Shown: piece by piece, positions 46,455 through 55,639 of the stretch
How the letters are laid out: each line of letters starts with the position of its first letter
How positions within the stretch are numbered: position 1 is the first letter of the stretch
Assembly: GCA_020632925.1 (NCBI GenBank)
Contig: JACKER010000007.1
Coordinates: 244,910-308,909 of the forward strand
DNA length: 64,000 nt
Source of the DNA: Alphaproteobacteria bacterium
GTDB lineage: Bacteria; Myxococcota_A; UBA796; GCA-2862545
Direction of reading: 5' to 3'
Program-made: the position numbers and the translations under genes
The notes under the pieces: model-generated
What the model was told of the DNA's origin: nothing
The model's database searches: none
Seen by the model: the letters and a program-made list of their open reading frames with translations, nothing else

Positions 46455-48568
46455 TGCTCCCCGTCCTCCTGACGCTCGCGACCGCGCGGGCCGAGGAGGT
46501 CCACCGCTACGCGCTGATCGTCGGGACCAACGACGGCGGCACGGAGCGGGTGACCCTCCGCTACGCCCAGACCGACGCGCAGACCATGGCCGAGATCCTC
46601 GGCTCGCTCGGCGGGGTCTCGTCCGGCCGCTCCACCGTGCTGCTCGACCCCGGCGTGGAGGATCTGCGCACCGCGTTCTCCAGGCTCCACGGCGAGATCG
46701 CGGCGGACACCGAACGGACCGAGGTGATCTTCTACTACTCGGGGCACAGCGACGAGGACGGCCTGCTGCTCGGCGACGAGCTGTTCGGGTACCGCGAGCT
46801 GCGGTCCTCCCTCGACGGGCTCGGGGCCAAGGTCCGACTCGCGATCCTGGACTCGTGCGCCTCGGGCTCGCTGATCCTGTCCAAGGGCGGCACGAAGGTC
46901 GCGTCCTTCCTGCCCGAGACCGGCGCCTCGGTCGACGGGGTGGCGTACATCACCTCCAGCAGCGCCGACGAGGTGAGCCAGGAGGGCGATCGGGTCGGCG
47001 GCTCCTACTTCACGCACTACCTCGCGTCCGGGCTGCGGGGTGCCGCGGACCTCACGGGGGACGGCCGGGTCACGCTGAACGAGGCGTACGTGTTCGCGCG
47101 GGACGAGACGCTCGAGCGGACCGAGCGCACGCAGCACGGCCCGCAGCACGCGAGCTACGACTTCCAGCTCTCCGGCTCGGGCGAGCTCGTGCTCACGGAC
47201 CTCACCCGCCGCGACGCGAGCCTGGTGATCGCCGAGGGTGTCGGCGGGCACGTGGTCGTCCGCGACGAAGAGGGCCGGCTGGTCGCGGAGCTGGACAAGC
47301 CCGCGGACCGTCAGACGCACCTGGCGGTCCCGGCCGGCGACTACGTGGTGACGGTGCTCCCCGAGGAGGGTGGCGTCCTCGAGTCCACGCTGCGGGTCGC
47401 CACCGGCGAGACCTCGATGGTCGACACCGACGGCCTCGCGGCGGCGGACGCCGAGGACGCGGTCGCGCGGGGTGATCTCGCGCCGCGGGCGGCGGCCATC
47501 CTGGACGCGCTGAAGGTGGAGCGCGAGGGCGTGAGCCTGATGCTGGTGCCCGGCGTGCCCGAGGTGTCCTCGGGCGTCGATCGCGTGGGGATCGGGCTGA
47601 TCACCGGGCGGTCGGAGGTCGTGCAGGGGTTCGCGTTCGGCACCTTCTACTACGACGTGAGCAGCGACCTCGACGGCTACGAGACCTCGTTCGGCATCGC
47701 GCGCGCCGAGACCGGCAGCGGCCTGCAGACCGCGATGATCGGCAACGTCACCGCGGGCCCGTTCGACGGCGGGCAGCTCACGCTGGGTGCCAACAGCGCG
47801 CACGGTGGCATCCGCGGCATCCAGGTGGCGATGGGCGCGAACCAGGCGGCGGGTGGCTTCCGCGGCTGGCAGACCTCGCTCGGTCTGAACCGATCGGGGA
47901 CCTACTCCGAGGGCACGCAGCTCGCGATGGGGCTGAACGTGGCGCGCGATCTGCGCGGGCTGCAGGTGGCGACGATCAACGTCGCGCGGGACACCGTCGG
48001 CGGCCAGGTGGGCCTGATCAACGTCGGCCGCGACGTGCACGGCGTCCAGCTCGGTCTGATCAACGTCGCGAACGACAGCGACCTGCCCATCGGGCTGCTC
48101 TCCTTCGTGAAGGAGGGGCGGCACGACCTGCTGCTGTACGCGAGCGAGAGCGACTGGGTGAACGGCGAGCTGCGCCTCGGCGGACCCCACACGTACACGC
48201 TGCTCGGCGGCGGCTTCCAGCCCGACCGGCACGTGTACGCGTCCTACGGCCTCGGCGGGCACGCGACCTTCGGCAAGGCCTGGCTGGATCTCGACGCTGT
48301 GCAGCAGGTCTACCTGCCGATGGGGTCCTCGCTGGTGGACCCGGCCGGCGGGACGCGCTCGGTGTTCGACGAGCCGCCGACCGGCGTGATCCGCCTCCGG
48401 ACGACGGTGGGCTTCCAGATCCTGCCCGAGCTCGCACCCTTCGCCGGCGCCTCGGTGGCCGCGCGGATCCCGGTCGACGCCCGCCAGGTAGACATGGTGC
48501 CCGCGCTGGACGCGCCGGACAACGCCTGGGTGGTGTGGCCCGGCGTCTTCGCGGGACTCCAGTTCTGA
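46454..48568 (+). CDS. secreted caspase-like (peptidase C14) protein with a C-terminal array of about 20 aa Gly/Gln repeats
   Basis: It has a signal peptide. The His/Cys dyad is in caspase context ('FYYSGHSDEDG', 'ILDSCASGS'). The repeats are 'GLQVATINVARDTVGGQVGLINVGRDVHGVQLGLINVAND'. Confidence 0.75.
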   Translation: MLPVLLTLATARAEEVHRYALIVGTNDGGTERVTLRYAQTDAQTMAEILGSLGGVSSGRSTVLLDPGVEDLRTAFSRLHGEIAADTERTEVIFYYSGHSDEDGLLLGDELFGYRELRSSLDGLGAKVRLAILDSCASGSLILSKGGTKVASFLPETGASVDGVAYITSSSADEVSQEGDRVGGSYFTHYLASGLRGAADLTGDGRVTLNEAYVFARDETLERTERTQHGPQHASYDFQLSGSGELVLTDLTRRDASLVIAEGVGGHVVVRDEEGRLVAELDKPADRQTHLAVPAGDYVVTVLPEEGGVLESTLRVATGETSMVDTDGLAAADAEDAVARGDLAPRAAAILDALKVEREGVSLMLVPGVPEVSSGVDRVGIGLITGRSEVVQGFAFGTFYYDVSSDLDGYETSFGIARAETGSGLQTAMIGNVTAGPFDGGQLTLGANSAHGGIRGIQVAMGANQAAGGFRGWQTSLGLNRSGTYSEGTQLAMGLNVARDLRGLQVATINVARDTVGGQVGLINVGRDVHGVQLGLINVANDSDLPIGLLSFVKEGRHDLLLYASESDWVNGELRLGGPHTYTLLGGGFQPDRHVYASYGLGGHATFGKAWLDLDAVQQVYLPMGSSLVDPAGGTRSVFDEPPTGVIRLRTTVGFQILPELAPFAGASVAARIPVDARQVDMVPALDAPDNAWVVWPGVFAGLQF

Positions 48569-48572
48569 TCGC

Positions 48573-50849
48573 TCAGCGCAGCACGCCCGTGGTCACGAAG
48601 CTGGTCACGCAGTCGCTGCCCTGCTCCTCGTCGCGCTCGAAGTCGTACACCCCGCCCTCCCCTCGGACGTAGGCGAGCGAGGTGATGCTGGCCTCGACCG
48701 GCTCGGTGCGCGGGTCGCCGCAGTTCGGGCCGCCGGAGTACGTGAAGGTCCCGCTCCGCAGCTGGACCAGATGGAGCGTGCCCACGTCCTTCACCGGGAC
48801 GTTGAACGAGGTGGACCCGTCGCCCTCCATCACGAACGGGCCGGAGAACGACTCGTCCAAGACGCACGCGGGATCGGGCGAGATGTTGCCGAAGTGGCCC
48901 ACCTGCACCCCGTTGCCGGAGACCGCGAGGAGCGTGCCGTCCTCGTCGATCTGCACGGTCACGTCGACGGTCGTCGTGCGCTCACCGTGCGGACAGGTCT
49001 CCGTGGTCACGCTGTGGATGGACCCGGAGTACCCGTGCAGCGGAAGACAATGGCGGGCGAGCTGCTCGTCTCGAACGTCGAGGTCGCCCGTGTACGGACC
49101 TGCGAACGCCCCCCAACACAGGATGTCGAGGTCGCTCACGGACGCCTCGTCGAGCCGCAGCTCCTCCGAGGGGGCCGCGTCGGCGGGGATGGTCACCGTC
49201 ACGATGCCGAGCCTGCCGTCGCCGTCGAGGTCGAACGCAGCCTCCCCGTCGCGGTTCGCGAAGCCGTCGCCGTTCAGGTCGCCGCGCGGCCAGGTGCGCT
49301 CGGCCGTGTCGGTGTCGATCTCGGCGAGCAGGGCCCGGATGTCGTCGTCGTCGAAGCCCTGTCTCTGTGGGAAGTAGTCGAGCATCGTGCGCCGCACGGG
49401 GAGGCCGCGTGACTCGAGGGCGAGCGTGGCGGACAGCGCGTCCACCCAGCGACCGTCCCACGCGTCCAGCAACCGGCCTCGGATCTCGGCTGCGTCGAGC
49501 GTCGGGTCCATCGCGCGCAGCCACGCGGCCAGGCCGGCCAGCTGGGGTGCCGCCCCGCTCGTTCCGCGCGACGTCATCAAGAACCCGTCGTTCTCCTTGT
49601 GGCAGTCCTTGTCCGCGCGTACGCACACACCGAGGAGCTTCTCGCCGATCATCCGAACCGGCGAGCCCCGGCTCGAGAACACCGACTCGACGCCGCTCTC
49701 GCTCGAGGCGCCCACGATCAGGGTCTGGCCCTGGACGTGGTCGATGCGCTCTCCGACCCGTGCCCGTGCGTCGGCGATCGCCTCCGTGATGTCCTCCCGG
49801 TCGCTCACGGGCACGAGCGACGCGAGGTCGTCGCCCGTCGCCTGCAGCGTGAAGACCGAGTTCATGGCCGTCACCACTCCGTCACCCCCGTCGTTGCCGC
49901 CCGAGGTGGTGTGGAGGAAGCCGGCGCCACGCCGCACGAGCAGCTCCCGCCACGCGAGGGCGAGCTCGGCCCGATCCAGCTCGCTCTCCTGCGCTCCGAA
50001 TCCGAACGACGTGTTGAGCACGAAGAACTCGGACAGGGGTAGCGTCCTGCCCAGCTCGAGCACCTGGTCGAGAGGGTCGCCGATGCCGCGGAGGTTGACC
50101 GAGACCAGGTCGAGCGAGGTCTCCGGGGCGGCGTGGGTCCCGGTGGGCGTGATGGCGTCTGCTTTCGCTCCCACCAGGCTCGCGACCCAGTACCCGTGGT
50201 TGCCGGCGAGTTCCCTCTTGATCGCTACGTCCTTCATCCTGGGGCTGGGGCCGACGAAGCGCTGCGTGGCGATCTGGGTGTGGGCCACGTTCTCGGTGTA
50301 GAAGTCGACGACGTAGACCGGAACGCGGTTCGTCGCGAGGGGTGCGGCGTTCCAGGCGGCGAAGAACCGCTGGAGGCCGAGGGCGGGCTGCGCCGTACCC
50401 GCGGGCCCGCTGGGGGCGCCGCGGTCGTTCGCGCCAGGGGAGCTGGGAGCGGTCGCCAGCCAGGCAGGTCGTGCGCGCCGGATGCCGCGCATGGCGCTCA
50501 AGCCGTCCGCGACCCGCTGCGCGTCCGCCAGATCGGCCATCGGGGGCACGGTGATCGTGAGCCAGGCGAAGCCCTCGAGGCTGGACGCGACGCTGCCATC
50601 GACGGACGCGAGCGCTTCCTCGAAGGACGTCTCGTCGACCTCGTCGTCCAGCAACACGACCAGGCGATCGAGGATCAGGCCGTCGGCGCCCACCTCGTCG
50701 TCGGTGATCGGCGCGGGCCCCTCGTCGACCACGAAGTCGAGGCCCAGCGCCGGATCGTCGCTGGTGGAGGGGTCGTTGTGGGAGCAGGACAGGAGCGAGG
50801 CGAGCACCAACGACGTGATCAAGGATCCCCCGATGTCGTGTCGGAACAT
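48573..50849 (-). CDS. subtilisin-like S8 serine protease lipoprotein
   Basis: The lipobox 'LVLASLLSCS' is present. It carries His ('GNHGYWVASLVG') and Ser ('GTSGAAPQLAGLAAW') motifs. The C-terminus has DxDGDG motifs. Confidence 0.7.
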   Translation of the reverse strand: MFRHDIGGSLITSLVLASLLSCSHNDPSTSDDPALGLDFVVDEGPAPITDDEVGADGLILDRLVVLLDDEVDETSFEEALASVDGSVASSLEGFAWLTITVPPMADLADAQRVADGLSAMRGIRRARPAWLATAPSSPGANDRGAPSGPAGTAQPALGLQRFFAAWNAAPLATNRVPVYVVDFYTENVAHTQIATQRFVGPSPRMKDVAIKRELAGNHGYWVASLVGAKADAITPTGTHAAPETSLDLVSVNLRGIGDPLDQVLELGRTLPLSEFFVLNTSFGFGAQESELDRAELALAWRELLVRRGAGFLHTTSGGNDGGDGVVTAMNSVFTLQATGDDLASLVPVSDREDITEAIADARARVGERIDHVQGQTLIVGASSESGVESVFSSRGSPVRMIGEKLLGVCVRADKDCHKENDGFLMTSRGTSGAAPQLAGLAAWLRAMDPTLDAAEIRGRLLDAWDGRWVDALSATLALESRGLPVRRTMLDYFPQRQGFDDDDIRALLAEIDTDTAERTWPRGDLNGDGFANRDGEAAFDLDGDGRLGIVTVTIPADAAPSEELRLDEASVSDLDILCWGAFAGPYTGDLDVRDEQLARHCLPLHGYSGSIHSVTTETCPHGERTTTVDVTVQIDEDGTLLAVSGNGVQVGHFGNISPDPACVLDESFSGPFVMEGDGSTSFNVPVKDVGTLHLVQLRSGTFTYSGGPNCGDPRTEPVEASITSLAYVRGEGGVYDFERDEEQGSDCVTSFVTTGVLR

Positions 50850-50945
50850 GAGCCGCAGCCTCCGTCAAGCCCCATTGCGAGCGGATCTACGGCAGCGGTG
50901 GTGAGGGGACGGGCTCGCCCACCGGCGGCGGCGGTATGGTCGCCC

Positions 50946-51650
50946 ATGCGTCGCGCCGACCGACTCTTCCGCCTCGTCCAGCTCCTGCGGACCTCGCCCG
51001 TCCGCACGGGGGCCTCGCTCGCCGAGGAGCTCGGCGTGTCGCTCCGCACCGTGTACCGGGACATCGGGGACCTCGAGGCCCAGGGCGTGCCCATCGAGGG
51101 TGAGGCGGGCGTCGGCTACCGGCTCGCGCGCGGGCACGACCTGCCGCCGATGACGTTCACGGCGGCGGAGATCGAGGCGCTCGTGCTCGGTGCGCGCATG
51201 GTGGGCTCCTGGGCGGACGGCGAGCTGGCGTCGGCCTCGCAGTCCGCGGTCGACAAGATCCGTGAGGTCCTGCCGACGTTGCTGCGGCCCCTGGCCGACG
51301 AGACCACGCTCTTCGTGCCGCACCTGCGCGCCTCCGACGACGCGCTGGGTCCGCTCCGGGTGGCGATCCGCGACCGGCGCAAGGTCCGCCTGTCGTACGA
51401 GAACGGCCAGGGGGAGGCGACGGACCGCGTGGTGTGGCCGCTGGGGCTGTTCTTCTGGGGGAAGCGCTGGTCGCTGGTCGGCTGGTGCGAGCTGCGCGGG
51501 GACAGCCGGAACTTCCGGGTCGATCGCATCGCCGCGGTCGACGTCCTCGACACGACGTACCCCCTGGACCAGGAGCGCTCGCTGCAGGCCGCCCTCGCGC
51601 GAGAGCAGGAGCGGATCGGCGAGGGGTTCCCGCGGATCCGCGGGGTGTAG
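50946..51650 (+). CDS. YafY-family transcriptional regulator (HTH plus WYL domain)
   Basis: N-terminal 'LFRLVQLLRTSPVRTGASLAEELGVSLRTVYRDIGDLEAQGVPIEGEAGVGYRL'. The C-terminus has 'WPLGLFFWGKRWSLVGWCELRGDSRNFRVDRI', which is a WYL domain. Confidence 0.8.
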   Translation: MRRADRLFRLVQLLRTSPVRTGASLAEELGVSLRTVYRDIGDLEAQGVPIEGEAGVGYRLARGHDLPPMTFTAAEIEALVLGARMVGSWADGELASASQSAVDKIREVLPTLLRPLADETTLFVPHLRASDDALGPLRVAIRDRRKVRLSYENGQGEATDRVVWPLGLFFWGKRWSLVGWCELRGDSRNFRVDRIAAVDVLDTTYPLDQERSLQAALAREQERIGEGFPRIRGV

Positions 51651-51651
51651 G

Positions 51652-52257
51652 TCAGTGTCCGCCGAGGGCGGGCCAGCCGTCGAGCTGCCGCAGGCGGTCG
51701 AGCCAGGAGGCGACGGGGCCCTCCAGCTCGAGCCGCGCGATGACCTGCGAGGACTCGAGCGCGCCGGCCAGCACGAAGTCGGCGATGGTGGGCTCGGGAC
51801 CCGCCACGAAGCTCTCCGTCACCGCCGGGGCGAGGATGGCGAGCTGCTGCTCGACGTCGGCGCGCGCGGCCGCGACCTCCTCGGGGTCCGGCGTGCCCCC
51901 GCGCATCACCGTCAGGCCGGTGGCGGCGTTGAGCCGACCGAGCGCGGTCCCCAGGTGGGCGAGGCCCCAGGAGGACCAGCGGGACACGTCGGCCCGCTGG
52001 CGCGCGTCGCGGCCGAGGGCGTTCGGCGCGTGGAGCTCTGCGAGGTAGCGGAGGATGGCCGCCGACTCCCAGAGCACGAAGTCGCCGTCGACCAGCGTGG
52101 GGACCCGGCCGTTGGGGTTGAGCGCGAGGTACGCGGGGCTCTTCTGCTCGCCCTTCTCGAGGGCGACGTGGACCAGCTCGACGGGGATGCCCTGGGTCCG
52201 GACGAAGGCGAGCACGCGGCGGGAGCAACCGGACATGGGGTGAAGATGAAGCTGCAA
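51652..52257 (-). CDS. glutathione S-transferase
   Basis: The TTG start has an AAGGAGG RBS 5 nt upstream and gives 'MQLHLHPMSGCSRRVLAF...'. The GST N-terminal motif 'GRVPTLVDGDFVLWESAAILRYL' is present. Confidence 0.75.
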   Translation of the reverse strand: MQLHLHPMSGCSRRVLAFVRTQGIPVELVHVALEKGEQKSPAYLALNPNGRVPTLVDGDFVLWESAAILRYLAELHAPNALGRDARQRADVSRWSSWGLAHLGTALGRLNAATGLTVMRGGTPDPEEVAAARADVEQQLAILAPAVTESFVAGPEPTIADFVLAGALESSQVIARLELEGPVASWLDRLRQLDGWPALGGH

Positions 52258-52321
52258 GGGACCTCCTTTCGCCCACCTCGTAGCGGGGCCTCCGGAGGCC
52301 GACCGGAGCCCTGCTGACAGC

Positions 52322-52846
52322 GTGGTGTCAGCAGTCGACGCGGGACGGGCGCGGTGGCTATGTCGGCCCTCCGACGACGGAGCCCGCATGCTGTGGATGT
52401 CCTTCGCGCTGGCCGGGGAGCCCGTCGCCAGCACCGCGTCCCACCACGAGGTCGTGCGCCTCGAGCCCGGCGAGGATCCGCGCGCCCGCCTCGAGGCCCT
52501 GCAGTCCGAACGCGGTTGGACCGGTGCATCCATCGTGTCGGCGGTCGGCAGCCTCACCGAGGCCTCCCTCCGGTATGCCGACGAGCCCGACGAGACCCAC
52601 GTCCGCGGCCCGCTCGAGGTCGTCTCGCTGTCCGGCACCCTCGGTCCCGACGGTCCGCACCTGCACCTCAGCGTGTCCGACCGACGCGGGCGCACGCGCG
52701 GCGGGCATCTGGGCCACGGCTCGACGGTCTACACCACGCTCGAGCTGGTGATCCTCGTGCTCGACGACGTGACGCTCGCGCGCGAGACCGACCCCGCGAC
52801 CACCTGGGAGGAGCTCGCCCCGCGCCACACACCCCCTACGAACTGA
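52322..52846 (+). CDS. PPC/DUF296-like domain protein
   Basis: 'VSLSGTLGPDGPHLHLSVSDRRGRTRGGHLGHGSTVYTTLELVI'. The start may be internal at 52388. Confidence 0.55.
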   Translation: MVSAVDAGRARWLCRPSDDGARMLWMSFALAGEPVASTASHHEVVRLEPGEDPRARLEALQSERGWTGASIVSAVGSLTEASLRYADEPDETHVRGPLEVVSLSGTLGPDGPHLHLSVSDRRGRTRGGHLGHGSTVYTTLELVILVLDDVTLARETDPATTWEELAPRHTPPTN

Positions 52847-52853
52847 GGTTCGA

Positions 52854-53165
52854 TCACGGTGGTGACCCTGAAGGGAACAGGGTGGTGAGGGTCTGTCGTC
52901 CGGCGGCGTTGGCGTGCGCCATGGCGTGCGCGATGTCCGCCTCCGAGGGCGGCCCGAGGACGGTCAGCAACGACTCGGGGCACACGATCGCACCGCCGTC
53001 GAGGCAGAGCACGTGCCACCAGGTGTCGTCCTCGGGCGTGGCGGCGACGCGACGGTCGGTCTGAGCCTTCAGCCAGCTCTTCGACGGCCGTGGTTGCGGG
53101 TGCACCAGCAGACCCGGACGGTCGTGGTTGTCGCGGACCAGGATGCCGGGACGCACGTGGCTCAT
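52854..53165 (-). CDS. small hypothetical protein, last gene of the efflux operon
   Basis: This is an ORF 10 nt downstream of the permease gene. No family was recognised. Confidence 0.3.
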   Translation of the reverse strand: MSHVRPGILVRDNHDRPGLLVHPQPRPSKSWLKAQTDRRVAATPEDDTWWHVLCLDGGAIVCPESLLTVLGPPSEADIAHAMAHANAAGRQTLTTLFPSGSPP

Positions 53166-53175
53166 GGGGTGGATG

Positions 53176-54405
53176 CTACTCCGAGCGGAGCGCCTGCACC
53201 GGGTCGAGGCGGGAGGCGCGCATCGCGGGGTACATGCCGAACACCAGGCCCACACCCGTCGAGAACACCATCCCGACGACGACGGACCAGGGCTCCACCC
53301 GGAACGGCCACGCCGTCACCCAGTGGGTGAGGGCCATGGTGGCGAGCCCGAGCAGCCCGAGCGCGCAGAAGAGCCCGAGCAACGCGCCCAGCAGCGCGAT
53401 GAACGTCGTCTCCGCGAGGAACTGCCACAGGATCTCGCCGCGGGTCGCGCCGAGCGCGCGTCGGACGCCGATCTCCGTCGTCCGCTCCGTGACCGTCACC
53501 AGCATGATGTTCATGATGTTGATGCCGCCGACGATCATCGAGAACAGCGTGGTCAGGTAGAGCAGGAGCTGGATCACCAGTCCGATCGTCTCGCCCATGT
53601 CGTCCTCGCGGTCCGCACCCTCGAAGCGGAAGCTGCGCACGTCGCGGTTGCGCATGAGGACGAGGTCCACGACGCTCCGCGCCTGCGTGATCAGCCCGCC
53701 GACCTCCCCGACCATGTCGGGCGGCGTGTTGATGCGGACAGCGATGTCCTGCGGGTCCTTGTTGCCCTGGAAGCTCATGGTCCAGGTGCGCTGCGGCACG
53801 AGCGCCCGGTGGTTCCAGCCCCAGTCGCCGCCCGGCCCCATCTCCGCCTTCTTCTCGAGGATGCCGACCACGAGCATCGAGCGGCCGTCGAGCTTGATCG
53901 TGTCACCGACCTTGGGTTTGCCGTCGTCCACGTCGGCGCCGAGGATGACTACGTGGCGGGTGGACGCGTAGTCGTCGGGGGCGAAGGGACGGCCGGAGCC
54001 GAGCGGGAGGTTGTGGACCTCGAACGTCTGCTCCGAGACGCCGAGGCCGAGCACCGTGAAGTCCTCGTCGCCGTAGCGGGCGGGGACGCGGCGCATCGAC
54101 GTGTTCGCGGAGACCGTCGCGCCCTCGAGCATCGTGGTCCGCTCGAGCGCCCGCACGTCGCCGCGGTCCAGCGGGCGCGCGTCGGGGTTCTGGTAGATCT
54201 CGTGGAAGTCGTTCTGCACGACGAGGACGTTCTCGCCCTTGGCCTCCGCGGACGCCGCCTCGAGCACGGTCGTCGCGACGCCGAGCAGCGACGCGATCAG
54301 CACGAGCGACGCCACGCCGACCACGATGCCGGAGACCGTGAGCAGGAAGCGCAGCTTGTTGGTCCACGCGAGGTGGAGCGCCGAGCGCAGGTGCCGTCCG
54401 ATCAC
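53176..54405 (-). CDS. ABC transporter permease of the FtsX/MacB type
   Basis: It has the FtsX topology: TM1, a large periplasmic domain, then TM2-4. Confidence 0.8.
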   Translation of the reverse strand: MIGRHLRSALHLAWTNKLRFLLTVSGIVVGVASLVLIASLLGVATTVLEAASAEAKGENVLVVQNDFHEIYQNPDARPLDRGDVRALERTTMLEGATVSANTSMRRVPARYGDEDFTVLGLGVSEQTFEVHNLPLGSGRPFAPDDYASTRHVVILGADVDDGKPKVGDTIKLDGRSMLVVGILEKKAEMGPGGDWGWNHRALVPQRTWTMSFQGNKDPQDIAVRINTPPDMVGEVGGLITQARSVVDLVLMRNRDVRSFRFEGADREDDMGETIGLVIQLLLYLTTLFSMIVGGINIMNIMLVTVTERTTEIGVRRALGATRGEILWQFLAETTFIALLGALLGLFCALGLLGLATMALTHWVTAWPFRVEPWSVVVGMVFSTGVGLVFGMYPAMRASRLDPVQALRSE

Positions 54406-54409
54406 GCCG

Positions 54410-55639
54410 TCACCTCCGCAGACACTCGACGATGTCGAGCCGACTGGCCCGCCACGCCGGGATGGAGCCGAACATCAGGCCGATGAAGGCCGTGGAGCCG
54501 AGTGCGACCGCCACCCCGTTGACCGACCACACGGGCACCCAGGTCTCGACGGCCATGCCGATCGCGACGTGCGCGAGGCTCGTGACCAGCAGCCCCGTCA
54601 CCACACCGAGCACGCCACCCGTCAGCGACAGCGTCGTGGACTCGATCACGAACTGGAACATGATGGTCGGCCGGCTCGCGCCCACCGCCTTGCGGATGCC
54701 GATCTCGCGGACCCGCTCGGTGACCGAGACCAGCATGATGTTCATCACGCCGATGCCGCCGGCGAACAGGCTGATGCCCGCGATGGCGACCACGACCGCG
54801 TCGAGCGCCATGAAGAACGTGTAGAACTGCTGGAGGAAGCTGCCGAAGTTCAGTGACGAGAAGTCCTCGACGTTGCGGTGCAGCGTGAGCAGCGCGGCGT
54901 TGCCGACGGCCTCGACGCTCGCGTTCGACTTCGGGTCGTCGGTCAGCCCGACGAGGAAGCGCGCCTGCTCCGGGCGACCCTCACGCTTCTCCGCGGTCGA
55001 CATCGGGATGAAGGCCGTGGAGTCCCAGGAGAACCCGAAGGACAGGCCGAACAGGTTGCGCGTCTCGAGCACGCCGACGACGGTGTACGGCTTGCGGCCG
55101 ATGGTCATCGTGCGCCCCACCGCGGTCGCCCGCTCGCCGAACAGCTCGTCCGCCAGCGGCCCGGTGATGACCGCGACGCGGCGCAGCGACTCGAGGTCCT
55201 GGCGCTCGACGCCGCGCCCGTGCTCCACGTGCCAGTCGAGGATGTCGAACAGCCCGAGCTCCACACCGACGACGTCCGCCTGCGTGGGCGCGTCCGACGT
55301 CACCCACAGGTTCTCGCGGCCGTAGCTCGCCTGGGGTGCGAGCCGCGCGAGGTGCGGGACCTCGCGGAGCCGCGCCACGTCGGCGTCGGTGAAGCCCTTG
55401 TCGTAGACGGCCTTCTGCCGCGTCGTGGCTTCCTTGCCCTCGCTCGGGATCCAGATCACCAGTCGCGCGCCGCCGATGCTCTCCACGGCGCTCGACAGCG
55501 TCTTGTGGCCCGACTGCGCCAGCGACAGCATCACCACGATCGAGAACGTCCCGATCGTCACCGACAGCATCGTCAGCAGCGTGCGGAACGGGTTCGCTCG
55601 CAGGGTGCGCAGCGCGAGGCGGGCGGTCTCCCAGATCAT
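54410..55639 (-). CDS. ABC transporter permease of the FtsX/MacB type (second paralog)
   Basis: It has the same architecture. The ATG overlaps the MFP stop as ATGA. Confidence 0.8.
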   Translation of the reverse strand: MIWETARLALRTLRANPFRTLLTMLSVTIGTFSIVVMLSLAQSGHKTLSSAVESIGGARLVIWIPSEGKEATTRQKAVYDKGFTDADVARLREVPHLARLAPQASYGRENLWVTSDAPTQADVVGVELGLFDILDWHVEHGRGVERQDLESLRRVAVITGPLADELFGERATAVGRTMTIGRKPYTVVGVLETRNLFGLSFGFSWDSTAFIPMSTAEKREGRPEQARFLVGLTDDPKSNASVEAVGNAALLTLHRNVEDFSSLNFGSFLQQFYTFFMALDAVVVAIAGISLFAGGIGVMNIMLVSVTERVREIGIRKAVGASRPTIMFQFVIESTTLSLTGGVLGVVTGLLVTSLAHVAIGMAVETWVPVWSVNGVAVALGSTAFIGLMFGSIPAWRASRLDIVECLRR

